NCBI GenBank assembly: GCA_028693815.1
Contig: JAQUUP010000002.1
Location: 7,056-71,055 of the forward strand
DNA length: 64,000 bases
Source of the DNA: Candidatus Omnitrophota bacterium
Lineage (GTDB): Bacteria; Omnitrophota; Gorgyraeia; Zapsychrales; Aceulaceae
Direction of reading: 5' to 3'
Shown: positions 10,725-18,690 of the stretch, piece by piece
Numbering within the stretch: the first letter of the stretch is position 1
Layout: each line of letters opens with the position of its first letter
Notes under the pieces: model-generated
Told to the model about the DNA's origin: nothing
Seen by the model: only the letters and a program-made list of their open reading frames with translations
Databases searched by the model: none
Program-made: the position numbers and the translations under genes

Positions 10725-11180
10725 ATGGAAACCGGAGTATTAATGCAATTTCAGGAATTAGGGGCTGTGGCTGCTTTGGCATTGGCGGCTATTGGCTCAG
10801 CCTTAGGAACAGGTGCTGCTGGCATGGCTGCGGTTGGTGCGTGGAAGAAATGTTTTGCGCAAAGCAAGGCTGCGCCTTTTATTTTAACAGTTTTTGTTGG
10901 TGCGCCTCTTTCGCAGACGATTTATGGAATGATTGTTATGAATTATATTGTGACAGCTGTCGCCAAGGGAAATTATTTGTGGAGCGCAGGTGTTTTAGGC
11001 GGGATTGCTATGGGCATGTCTGCTTGGATGCAGGGAAAAGCAGGAGCTGCTGCGGCAGATGCTATGGCCGAAACTGGCAAAGGATTTGGAAATTATTTAA
11101 TTGTTTTAGGCGTTATTGAAACTGTTGCTCTTTTTGTAATGGTTTTTATTATGATGGGTGCAGGAAAATTGGTCGGTTAA
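10725..11180 (+). CDS. atpK: V/A-type ATP synthase subunit K (proteolipid c subunit)
   Basis: Gly/Ala-rich four-helix proteolipid (GSALGTGAAGMAAVGA), last gene of the cluster. Confidence 0.8.
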   Translation: METGVLMQFQELGAVAALALAAIGSALGTGAAGMAAVGAWKKCFAQSKAAPFILTVFVGAPLSQTIYGMIVMNYIVTAVAKGNYLWSAGVLGGIAMGMSAWMQGKAGAAAADAMAETGKGFGNYLIVLGVIETVALFVMVFIMMGAGKLVG

Positions 11181-11217
11181 GACGTTTTTTGGTGAGCATA
11201 AGGGAAAAATAAGGCAG

Positions 11218-11246
11218 TTGACATAAATTTAATTTTATTGTAATAT
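11218..11246 (+). promoter_or_regulatory. Sigma70-type promoter of the tRNA operon
   Basis: TTGACA (11218-11223), a 17-nt spacer, then TAATAT (11241-11246), about 12 nt upstream of the tRNA-Val 5' end. Confidence 0.5.
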
Positions 11247-11258
11247 ACGTTTTCTATC

Positions 11259-11334
11259 GGGCGATTAGCTCAGTTGGTTAGAGCATCTGACTTACATTCA
11301 GAGGGTCGGGGGTTCGAGTCCTCCATTGCCCACC
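11259..11334 (+). tRNA. tRNA-Val (anticodon TAC)
   Basis: Hand-folded cloverleaf: acceptor GGGCGAT/ATTGCCC, D-stem GCTC/GAGC, anticodon stem TCTGA/TCAGA with loop CTTACAT, T-arm GGGGG-TTCGAGT-CCTCC, encoded CCA. Confidence 0.9.
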
Positions 11335-11360
11335 ATATTTTCTTTTTTTTAAAAATGCTT

Positions 11361-11438
11361 GGACCCGTGGTGTAGCTTGGTTAACATGTCAGATTGTCGA
11401 TCTGAAGATCGCGAGTTCAAATCTCGTCGGGTCCGCCA
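11361..11438 (+). tRNA. tRNA-Asp (anticodon GTC)
   Basis: Acceptor GGACCCG/CGGGTCC, anticodon stem TCAGA/TCTGA with loop TTGTCGA, T-loop TTCAAAT, encoded CCA. Confidence 0.9.
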
Positions 11439-11444
11439 TATAAA

Positions 11445-11484
11445 GAAAGCACTTGTCCCATTTGGGGCAAGTGCTTTCTTATTC
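11445..11484 (+). terminator. Rho-independent terminator after the tRNA pair
   Basis: Stem AGAAAGCACTTGTCCC / GGGCAAGTGCTTTCT with loop ATTT, followed by a T-rich tail. Confidence 0.6.
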
Positions 11485-11574
11485 GACGGTCTGACAGCTT
11501 TGAGGGTGCAAGCGAAGCTAACGAGTGACCGAGCGCAAGCGAGGGTGTCAAATCTTGAACCCTCCTTGATTTGA

Positions 11575-11700
11575 ACTTTTTAAAGGAGATCCCAATTTTT
11601 CGCTTTGCGAAAAATGGGATAAATTTGCACGGATGACTTACGAACGCTTACGCTCCGCAAATCATGTGCTCATTTAAGCGAAGGTATATAGTGCTTGAGC
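11575..11700 (+). repeat. Intergenic structured repeat element, copy E (in the long non-coding region after the tRNAs)
   Basis: Hairpin CCCAATTTTTCG/CGAAAAATGGG followed by ATAAATTTGC, then ...GTGCTCATTTAAGCG, a variant of the same family. Confidence 0.4.
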
Positions 11701-12057
11701 GAAGTGAAAGCATCAAATCTCAGACTGTCAGTGAGACAAGTTCGTAGTGATGACCCTTAGGTCATTAGCTTGAAGGTCGGGTAAAAATTTCCAGAAAATG
11801 TATCAACCTCACCATACATCTTTTAAATTTTTAGATTCATTTCGACAATTATAATAATCTTTCAAACTTTTCTTGTTGCCGTGTTAAAATGCTTGAACAA
11901 AGAAAAAGGAAGGAAAAAGAGAAAGAAGGGGTATCACCTTTTTCTTTGGAAAGATTGATCTAGGGTTGTTCTATTATAGGATATAAAGAGCTTATTATTA
12001 AGCTTATAAAACAATCACATCAGAAGTAGTCCGCTTAACAAGTTTCTGGATTTAATT

Positions 12058-12873
12058 ATGAAGAAAATTATTCATATGAGTGATTTGCATATTGGTTTCG
12101 AAGGTCTCGGCGAACGATTCCAGCGAATAATTAATAATTTGATATCTAAAAAAGGCGATAATGCTGGTGAATATGTTATTGTCATTACCGGAGATCTTGT
12201 GGATAACGCTCATCATCAGGAGAGTTATGTAGAGGTTAAATCAGGTCTAGATGTTCTAAGGCGGGCTGGTTTTGAGAATATCCTTCTTATTCCGGGGAAT
12301 CATGATTATGGAACGGGAAGCTATGGTGATAAAAAATTCGTTAACCTCTTTCAGCAAACTATTTTTGGAGATCTTACGGGTTATCCGAGAAGAAATATTA
12401 TTGAAGACGTTGCGTTTATTGGATTGGATTCTACCGCGGAGGAGTTACAATGGTATGATGCCATCTGGTCTGAAGGAGAACTTGGGATAAGCCAATTAAA
12501 TCGGTTAAGCGCCATGTTGGAGGACGATGAAGTTTGCGCTTGTAAAAAGAGAGTCGTTTATTTGCACCATCATCCTTTTGCTGCAAGGCCTTTTCATCAA
12601 CTTAAAGATTCCAAAAAGCTAGAAAAGATTTTAAGGGCAGCTTTTGATAAGGGCATATCGATTGATGTCCTTCTTTATGGCCATAATCACGAAGGGAAGG
12701 CTCATAATGGAAAATGGGGAGTTGCTCGCTGTTATGACGCGGGTTCGGCCACTAATAAGCCTCGGCCTAAGGAAGTTGAGGGCATGGCTTGGTTTCAGGT
12801 TAGATCCGCTATCCGGGTAATTGATTTTGAAAAAGAAGACGTTGGTTGTGATTATGTGCTTTCGCTTCTTTAA
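12058..12873 (+). CDS. Calcineurin-like metallophosphoesterase
   Basis: Motifs MSDLHIG, GDLVDN, GNHDYG, HHHPF and GHNHEG cover all metallophosphatase metal-ligand positions. Confidence 0.75.
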   Translation: MKKIIHMSDLHIGFEGLGERFQRIINNLISKKGDNAGEYVIVITGDLVDNAHHQESYVEVKSGLDVLRRAGFENILLIPGNHDYGTGSYGDKKFVNLFQQTIFGDLTGYPRRNIIEDVAFIGLDSTAEELQWYDAIWSEGELGISQLNRLSAMLEDDEVCACKKRVVYLHHHPFAARPFHQLKDSKKLEKILRAAFDKGISIDVLLYGHNHEGKAHNGKWGVARCYDAGSATNKPRPKEVEGMAWFQVRSAIRVIDFEKEDVGCDYVLSLL

Positions 12874-12991
12874 ATTAATGTAACAAAAGAGCTGTGGTCT
12901 TTTGACAAACTCGGCAGACGGAAGAAAAGTGACAGCCACCAACCAGGGGGCAGTCTTTGTCAATATTGGCATTAAGGATAAGGGGTTTTGA

Positions 12992-13678
12992 ATGAAGAGA
13001 ATAAAGTTTGGAAATATAATAAAAATAGTATTATTGATAGTTTTTGTTTTCTTGGGTTTTCATGGGTATTCTTTTTTTCAAAGAGCTATTTTGCGAGAAC
13101 AGGCATTGAGGAAAGTTATCTCTAGATTAAATGCGGATTCTAGAATAGCAGAAGTGCTAGTTACTGGTGTTAATTTTGATGAAAAATCTAATAAGGTGCT
13201 TACGACTATTAAATTTCTAGAATATGACTCAAAAGCAAGGCCTCTTGAGCCAAAGTATTTTACATTTTCAGGGAATATTATTCAGTTCCAATCTTTGGTT
13301 ATTAGGTTTGATGATAAATTTGTTGAAGCTAAGGATAGCTTAAAAGGAAAAAGCATTTTTCTTTTTTGGAAAGTTTTTATGTTAGATGGCAAGGATACGC
13401 AAGAGTATGAAATAACAAAAATGAATGAAGTTCCTCGAGGATACAAGTTAGATGACAATATAGATAGTTTTGAAGAAAAAATATGGGAGAAATTCTGGGA
13501 ATATGCGCTTAATAAAGATAAATCGAGCAAAATGGGCATAAAGAATGCTCAAATAGAGGCTCCAGGCACTATGTTTATGCCTGGCAATATATACACTCTA
13601 AAGATAGAGCATGACGGTGGAATAAGAATAGATGTGCTCTCCATTCCTAAGGTGCTTCAAGGAGAGAAGATATTGTAG
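12992..13678 (+). CDS. Hypothetical membrane-anchored protein
   Basis: N-terminal TM helix. No recognisable motif. Confidence 0.35.
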   Translation: MKRIKFGNIIKIVLLIVFVFLGFHGYSFFQRAILREQALRKVISRLNADSRIAEVLVTGVNFDEKSNKVLTTIKFLEYDSKARPLEPKYFTFSGNIIQFQSLVIRFDDKFVEAKDSLKGKSIFLFWKVFMLDGKDTQEYEITKMNEVPRGYKLDDNIDSFEEKIWEKFWEYALNKDKSSKMGIKNAQIEAPGTMFMPGNIYTLKIEHDGGIRIDVLSIPKVLQGEKIL

Positions 13679-13775
13679 AAAAAAGAAAAAGGGGACAGTT
13701 TTTTATCTTTTCGTTAAAATGGTTACAGAAAAGTTTTGGTTATTTTTTAATAATGTGTTTTAAAGGAGGTTAGCA

Positions 13776-14156
13776 GTGAGAGTACTTCATGTAATGTTTC
13801 GAGTTTCTGATTTAGAGAAATCGCTAAGTTTTTATATGGATGTTTTGAAGATGAAGCTTTTAAGAAAACAGGATTTTCCAGAAGGTAAATTTACGTTGGC
13901 CTTTTTAGGTTACGGCGATGAATCCGAGTCAACGGTTTTAGAGCTGACCCATAATTGGGATACGAACAAATATGACCTAGGCAATGCGTATGGGCATTTG
14001 GCTATTGGTGTTGATGATGTTTATAAGGCCTGTGAGGATATTAAGAAAAACGGAGGCAAAATAACACGTGAAGCAGGTCCGATGAAACACGGAACAACCG
14101 TCTTGGCTTTTGTCCAAGATCCTGATGGATATAAGATTGAGTTGTTGCAGGATTAA
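13776..14156 (+). CDS. gloA: Lactoylglutathione lyase (glyoxalase I)
   Basis: N-terminus [20 protein letters not shown] and HLAIGVDD...GYKIELLQ (VOC fold, GloA). GTG start 7 nt after an AAGGAGG Shine-Dalgarno. Confidence 0.85.
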   Translation: MRVLHVMFRVSDLEKSLSFYMDVLKMKLLRKQDFPEGKFTLAFLGYGDESESTVLELTHNWDTNKYDLGNAYGHLAIGVDDVYKACEDIKKNGGKITREAGPMKHGTTVLAFVQDPDGYKIELLQD

Positions 14157-14226
14157 TATTGTCTTTGCACCCATGATACCATGCCCAGCCGGGTGCAACA
14201 TTCCAGTTGTTTAAACTTTTAGAACT
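14157..14226 (-). pseudogene. Relic duplicate of the C-terminal coding end of the downstream GT-C-like membrane protein gene
   Basis: The minus-strand frame reads KSLNNWNVAPGWAWYHGCKD, matching ETFGNWGNEPGWAWYHAVKI at the C-terminus of the 14484..16112 gene. It is a 24/26-nt DNA direct repeat (14172-14197 vs 14519-14544). Confidence 0.45.
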
Positions 14227-14229
14227 TGT

Positions 14230-14487
14230 TTATACTTCTTTTAATTTACAATTAAAGATATCGAGAATCATTATTGCGGCAATTAAAATAGCGCAGAGGA
14301 CAGGAGACAAGCCTTTGCTTAAAAGAACGATTACGCCTGTGGATAAGGCGATTGCAATGCAAAGCTGTAAATCCCATTTTCTGGCAAGAGCTGCACCGCA
14401 TTTTTCGCATTTTATGTAAGGGTATGCGCGCACGCGTATCCAGAGTCTAAATGGTGATATAGGATTAGAACATCTAGGACATTTCAT
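14230..14487 (-). CDS. Small zinc-ribbon membrane protein (CxxC..CxxC plus 2 TM)
   Basis: N-terminus MKCPRCSNP...CEKCGAAL then hydrophobic helices. Its ATG (14487-14485) overlaps the TGA of the upstream gene (ATGA), implying translational coupling. Confidence 0.5.
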   Translation of the reverse strand: MKCPRCSNPISPFRLWIRVRAYPYIKCEKCGAALARKWDLQLCIAIALSTGVIVLLSKGLSPVLCAILIAAIMILDIFNCKLKEV

Positions 14488-16112
14488 TTGTTCTCCTTTC
14501 GTTTCAAAATTTTTACCGCATGATACCATGCCCACCCGGGCTCATTTCCCCAATTTCCAAATGTTTCAACAGCGGTGAAGTTTTCATCAATATATTTTTT
14601 CAAAACAGGGCAATAGGTTTTTCCAAATGTTCCAAGGCCGGCCTCTTTTGAGTCAGAGCGGCTAGACAAAACAATATAGGCAGCATTGTTTTCTTTTAAA
14701 TCAGAAATAATGGCTCGTTCTTGTTCTTGTGGAATATTAATATAATCAAAAAAGATGAGTTCTCGAGTCGGGCTTTTTTTATTTGTTAGAAAATAATAAA
14801 GCGAATCATAAGGGAGTGCAAGAAAGGTTTCATCTTTGTTCACATTTTTCTTGAGATAGTCGACAGAAGAAGTAACCGTATTAATCCAAGAAGGTGGATT
14901 TTCAATATAAACTTTTGTTTTGTTGATTTGTAGCAAATGATTATTATTTTTATACAGAGCGACGATTTTATGTTGTTGCACAGCGCTTGTTAAGGCAACA
15001 ATAAGAAAGATTATATAGATTGAGAATCTAATAACTTTAGATAAATTTTTGATGGCATATTCAATGATGAGAAAAATAAAAAGCATTTGAAAAGGGTTGA
15101 CCCAGCGCATGCGATAAACGATAGCGCTTGCAAAGAATTCGTGAAGACCAAAAAATATAAATAAAATTAAAGAAATAAGAAACAAAAAGAATTCTTTTGT
15201 TTTGTTTTCTTGACTGTTTTTTAGCATTGCTTGAATTGAACGAAAGCCGCAAAGAAAAATAATTATGGCAAAAATACGGTTGGGCAAAGACCACGATGTT
15301 ATATTCCAGAGGACGACGCGCCATAGTTTTACGAGAGACATCCAAATGCTCGCGTGAGTTGGGTCGTAGGATGGAAGATAAGGAAAACATTGTTTGATAA
15401 AATATATTGGCAAGTTTCGTGTAAGTAGCCAATAAATCAAGAACGCCAAGGCTGGAATGCCGAGCAGCGAAAGGATGTAGATTTTCTTATTTTGGATCTT
15501 TTTTTCTTTAATGTAGTCAGTTAGAGCAAAAGTTATCAGGGTGGATAACAGAAAGAAAAATCCCATGTTGGCTTTAATCAAGAAAATTGTAGAAATTGAT
15601 AACAATGTGGCATAAATAAATTTCTTCTGACAAGATTGAATGTAGTGGGCGATAAAAAACATCGTGAGAATAAAGAAAGGAATGGCACCTGTGTGATTGT
15701 AGGTATAAAAAAATTCGGGTCGAAAAGCCAAAAACCAAACTGTAGCGGCCATAGCCATCATGGGCGAGGCAAAAAGAGAAATTGTTAGATAAAAAAGAAT
15801 GCCTGCAATAAGGATGAGAAAGATTTTGGCGATCAAAATGCTTTGAATGCTTATGCCAAGAATTTTATAAGCGCTGGCATAATAATATGGCATAGCTGGT
15901 CCATAGACCCACCAGTAGTCTTCATAAGGGGTTGATCCTTCAAGGGTTGAGCGAAAGGCATAAAGATCGCGACCATGATCTCCTTGCGCTAAGATAGGCT
16001 GAAAGTTGGCGTAAGGTGCTAGGATGAATATTCCTAGAATGCAAGTAAGGACTAGAAGAAGAATTTTCTGATTTTTAGATAAAAAAGTAGATAAAAGTTG
16101 TATTTTTTTCAT
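14484..16112 (-). CDS. Polytopic membrane protein with periplasmic C-terminal domain, GT-C (ArnT/PMT-like) glycosyltransferase candidate
   Basis: Roughly 11-13 TM helices, with an acidic/aromatic first loop (QGDHGRDLY...EDYWWVYGP) and a ~150-aa soluble C-terminus. Family assignment is tentative. Start taken at MKKIQLL. Confidence 0.45.
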   Translation of the reverse strand: MKKIQLLSTFLSKNQKILLLVLTCILGIFILAPYANFQPILAQGDHGRDLYAFRSTLEGSTPYEDYWWVYGPAMPYYYASAYKILGISIQSILIAKIFLILIAGILFYLTISLFASPMMAMAATVWFLAFRPEFFYTYNHTGAIPFFILTMFFIAHYIQSCQKKFIYATLLSISTIFLIKANMGFFFLLSTLITFALTDYIKEKKIQNKKIYILSLLGIPALAFLIYWLLTRNLPIYFIKQCFPYLPSYDPTHASIWMSLVKLWRVVLWNITSWSLPNRIFAIIIFLCGFRSIQAMLKNSQENKTKEFFLFLISLILFIFFGLHEFFASAIVYRMRWVNPFQMLFIFLIIEYAIKNLSKVIRFSIYIIFLIVALTSAVQQHKIVALYKNNNHLLQINKTKVYIENPPSWINTVTSSVDYLKKNVNKDETFLALPYDSLYYFLTNKKSPTRELIFFDYINIPQEQERAIISDLKENNAAYIVLSSRSDSKEAGLGTFGKTYCPVLKKYIDENFTAVETFGNWGNEPGWAWYHAVKILKRKENK

Positions 16113-16232
16113 AGTAAACAAAGGAGTTGTCGAAGCACTGTATTTAATGGTAACATTGGCACATCTGTCATTCAAGTGCTTTTCTAAAGAAAGCCCTTGT
16201 GGTAGAATGATTCGTCAAATTTAACTTTAACA

Positions 16233-16320
16233 GAAAGGCTCCGACACGCTTCGCGTGCGGAGTTAATTCGGGCATGTAACTTATGAGCACTAGCGTTCCA
16301 TAAGTTACGCCCTTATTAAA
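16233..16320 (+). repeat. Intergenic structured repeat element, copy C (5' of the tRNA-binding protein gene)
   Basis: Hairpin CTCCG-ACACGCTTCGCGTG-CGGAG plus TTAATTCGG, then hairpin CTTATG-AGCACTAGCGTTC-CATAAG, ending ...TTATTAAAGGAG. Confidence 0.5.
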
Positions 16321-16330
16321 GGAGTTTTTT

Positions 16331-16651
16331 ATGATTAATTTTAAAGATTTTCAGAATCTTGAGCTTATTGTCGCTCAAATTGTAGAAGTTAAAGAACATC
16401 CTAACGCGGATAAGCTTTATGTGCTTAAAATCAACACAGGCAAAGAAGAAAAACAGATTGTGGCTGGAATTAGAAATGCGTATTCTAAAGAGGCTTTGCT
16501 GGGAAGAAAAATTATTGTTGTTAATAACTTAGAGCCTGTTGTACTCAGAGGTGAGGAATCAAATGGAATGCTTTTAGCCGCTTCGGATGACTTTGGCCCA
16601 TCTGTTTTATCGCCGGATCGTGATGTTAAAATCGGGAGCAGGGTTAAATAA
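16331..16651 (+). CDS. Standalone tRNA-binding domain protein (Trbp111/CsaA/MetRS-C-terminal Myf domain)
   Basis: Sequence LELIVAQIVEVKEHPNADKLYVLKINTGKEEKQIVAGIRN...IIVVNNLEPVVLRGEESNGMLLAA matches the OB-fold tRNA-binding domain consensus closely. Confidence 0.85.
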   Translation: MINFKDFQNLELIVAQIVEVKEHPNADKLYVLKINTGKEEKQIVAGIRNAYSKEALLGRKIIVVNNLEPVVLRGEESNGMLLAASDDFGPSVLSPDRDVKIGSRVK

Positions 16652-16661
16652 AAGGGTGAGT

Positions 16662-17135
16662 ATGGTTAACTTAAAACAATTTGTTGATCAAGAAACTTGT
16701 TTGGCGTGTAGGGGCTGTTGCCGATTTTATGAAGAAAAAAGTTTGTGGCGACCTAAGCTAACAAAACAAGAGGCGGCCTATGTTAGCGAAGAGATTATCG
16801 ACGAGGATTATCGTGTTAAAAGTGTTGTATCGGGTAGTCAGTATCTTTGCAGCTTTCTTGATGAAAAAACATCTCTTTGCCGAAAATATGTAGAGCGTCC
16901 TTTTGAATGCGTGCTTTATCCCTTCGTTTTAGTTAAAGATAATGATAAGGTAATGGTCGCTGTGCATTTAGCCTGTCCGTTTGTTCAAGAAAAAAGAGCG
17001 TCAGGTGAGTTTTCGCAATATCGTGAAAATCTAAAGAATTTTTTTAGTAGTGTTGAAGATAAGTCTGATATTAGCGCGTTGGCACAAGCGTATCCAGACG
17101 CTAGCCAAGAACTAGACATTTTATTCTCGATATGA
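16662..17135 (+). CDS. YkgJ-family (UPF0153) cysteine-cluster protein, putative Fe-S or Zn binding
   Basis: CLACRGCCRF plus the downstream Cys residues (LCSF, LCRKY, ECVLYPF, LACPF) typical of the YkgJ family. Start at MVNLKQ after a GGGTGAG Shine-Dalgarno. Confidence 0.6.
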   Translation: MVNLKQFVDQETCLACRGCCRFYEEKSLWRPKLTKQEAAYVSEEIIDEDYRVKSVVSGSQYLCSFLDEKTSLCRKYVERPFECVLYPFVLVKDNDKVMVAVHLACPFVQEKRASGEFSQYRENLKNFFSSVEDKSDISALAQAYPDASQELDILFSI

Positions 17136-18028
17136 GCCAAGACATATTTGCGCAAAGAAAAATTGTTGATCAGTTTTTGCAAAAGACTGGCTTTGAGCTT
17201 TCATCGTATTCATTTATTAATATTTTTGCATGGCAAGATTTCTTTGATTTTGAGTTTCAAGTGATAGATGAAAGACTGCTTGTTTTTGCTGGTAATGACT
17301 TGGGAAGCTTTCTTTATTTACCTCCTTTAGGGAAAGGCATTTCAAGAGAATGCGTTGACACCTGTTTCAGAATTTTAAATGAGAAAAATAATGGTAAAGG
17401 CGTTGGGCGTATTGAGAATGTGGAAGAAAAGGACTTGGGCCTTTTTGGTGAAAAAGATTTTGTTAGATTTGAGAAATCTAGAGAAACGGTTTATTCTCGA
17501 TGTGATATTGCAAACCTCCAAGGTAATCGATTTAAATCAAAGAGATCGTCTTATAATCATTTTGTTAAAAATTATAAGTTTGAATTTTGCCCGTATCGCG
17601 ACAGCATGAAAAAGAATTGTTTTTTGCTCTATGATCAATGGACAAAAAAGCGAAAAAAGAGAAATAGTGACGAGATCTATCAACAGATGATCGATGAAAG
17701 CGGTGTTGCTTTAAGACGTTGTTTAAATAATTTTCAAAATCTCGGTTTGATTGGATGTGTTGTTTTTGTTGAAGGTAGAATCGTTGGCTACAGTTTTGGG
17801 TTTGCTCTTAAGCAGGATGTTTTTTGCATTCTTTTTGAGATTGCTGATCTAGAAATGAAGGGACTTTCGACTTATCTTTTTAGTGAATTTTGTAAAATGA
17901 AGGCTGTTGAGTCGTTTAATTTTATAAATGTTATGGATGACTTTTCTCTAGACAATGTTCGGTCAACAAAATTATCGTTTAAACCGGCTAAGCAAATTAA
18001 AACGTATACTATTTCACAAAAGGATTAA
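17132..18028 (+). CDS. DUF2156-like protein (homolog of MprF C-terminal aminoacyl-tRNA-dependent transferase domain), tentative
   Basis: A ~300-aa soluble protein with SYSFINIFAWQDFFDF...FLYLPPLG, resembling the LPG_synthase_C/DUF2156 family. Assignment from memory of the family, not verified. ATGA overlap with the upstream gene. Confidence 0.4.
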   Translation: MSQDIFAQRKIVDQFLQKTGFELSSYSFINIFAWQDFFDFEFQVIDERLLVFAGNDLGSFLYLPPLGKGISRECVDTCFRILNEKNNGKGVGRIENVEEKDLGLFGEKDFVRFEKSRETVYSRCDIANLQGNRFKSKRSSYNHFVKNYKFEFCPYRDSMKKNCFLLYDQWTKKRKKRNSDEIYQQMIDESGVALRRCLNNFQNLGLIGCVVFVEGRIVGYSFGFALKQDVFCILFEIADLEMKGLSTYLFSEFCKMKAVESFNFINVMDDFSLDNVRSTKLSFKPAKQIKTYTISQKD

Positions 18029-18031
18029 TTG

Positions 18032-18586
18032 ATGCAAGATATTTTAGATAAAGAGTTTGTTATCTTTGACGTAGAAACAACAGGATTGTCGCCGGTAGGG
18101 GGAGACCGTATTGTTGAGATTGCAGCGCTGAAAGTAAGAAATTTAGAGCCTGTGGAGCGATTTCATTCTTTGATTAATCCGGATCGTTCTATTTCTCCCG
18201 GCGCGTTTGAAGTGAATCGGATTTCAGAGTCGATGCTTATCGATGCTCCAAGAAGCCATGAGATTTTACCAGCATTTCTAGAGTTTCTAGGAGATGCCAT
18301 TATCGTTGGGCACAACATCAATTTTGATTTAGGTTTTTTACGAAACGAGCTTAATTTAGCAGGTCTTGTGCCTGCAGAATCGTTTAATGCAGTAGACACT
18401 ATCCGGATTTCGAAGCGTGTGATGCCGCACTTAAAGCGATATCCTTTATGGTTTGTAGCAAGCAGCCTCGGTGTTGAGCGTAAACAATCTCATCGGGCTA
18501 TGGCGGATGTTGAAATGACATTTGAGGTTTTTTATAAACTTGTTCATCTTGCAAAAGAACAAAATATTTTATCCCAGATTTTGTGA
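18032..18586 (+). CDS. DEDDh-family 3'-5' exonuclease (DnaQ/RNase T-like)
   Basis: Exo I FVIFDVETTG, Exo II HNINFDLGFL, Exo III HRAMADVEMT. Starts immediately after the upstream stop. Confidence 0.8.
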   Translation: MQDILDKEFVIFDVETTGLSPVGGDRIVEIAALKVRNLEPVERFHSLINPDRSISPGAFEVNRISESMLIDAPRSHEILPAFLEFLGDAIIVGHNINFDLGFLRNELNLAGLVPAESFNAVDTIRISKRVMPHLKRYPLWFVASSLGVERKQSHRAMADVEMTFEVFYKLVHLAKEQNILSQIL

Positions 18587-18690
18587 AAGAAATAATGGTA
18601 ACCGGGATTACCTAACGCTTTTTTGATAAAATACTAGGGAAGGCTAATTTTGAACAATACGCAAAATTTGGGATTAAAGGAGATTTCTTT

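Noticed and set aside
10841-11119. 92-aa Cys/Arg-rich ORF in an alternate + frame of atpK
   Set aside because: It is embedded out of frame in the proteolipid gene. The Cys/Arg richness is what reading Gly/Ala codons in a shifted frame produces.
11359-11574. 71-aa ORF overlapping tRNA-Asp and its terminator
   Set aside because: It starts inside a tRNA gene and spans a terminator hairpin, with no Shine-Dalgarno. Spurious.
14172-14544. The 26-nt direct repeats read as target-site duplication of an inserted mobile element carrying the zinc-ribbon gene
   Set aside because: The repeat is coding sequence of the upstream gene, and similarity extends degenerately beyond 26 nt at the protein level. 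The small gene is translationally coupled (ATGA) to the large one. A decayed duplicate gene end explains it better than a TSD, and no transposase or terminal inverted repeats are present.
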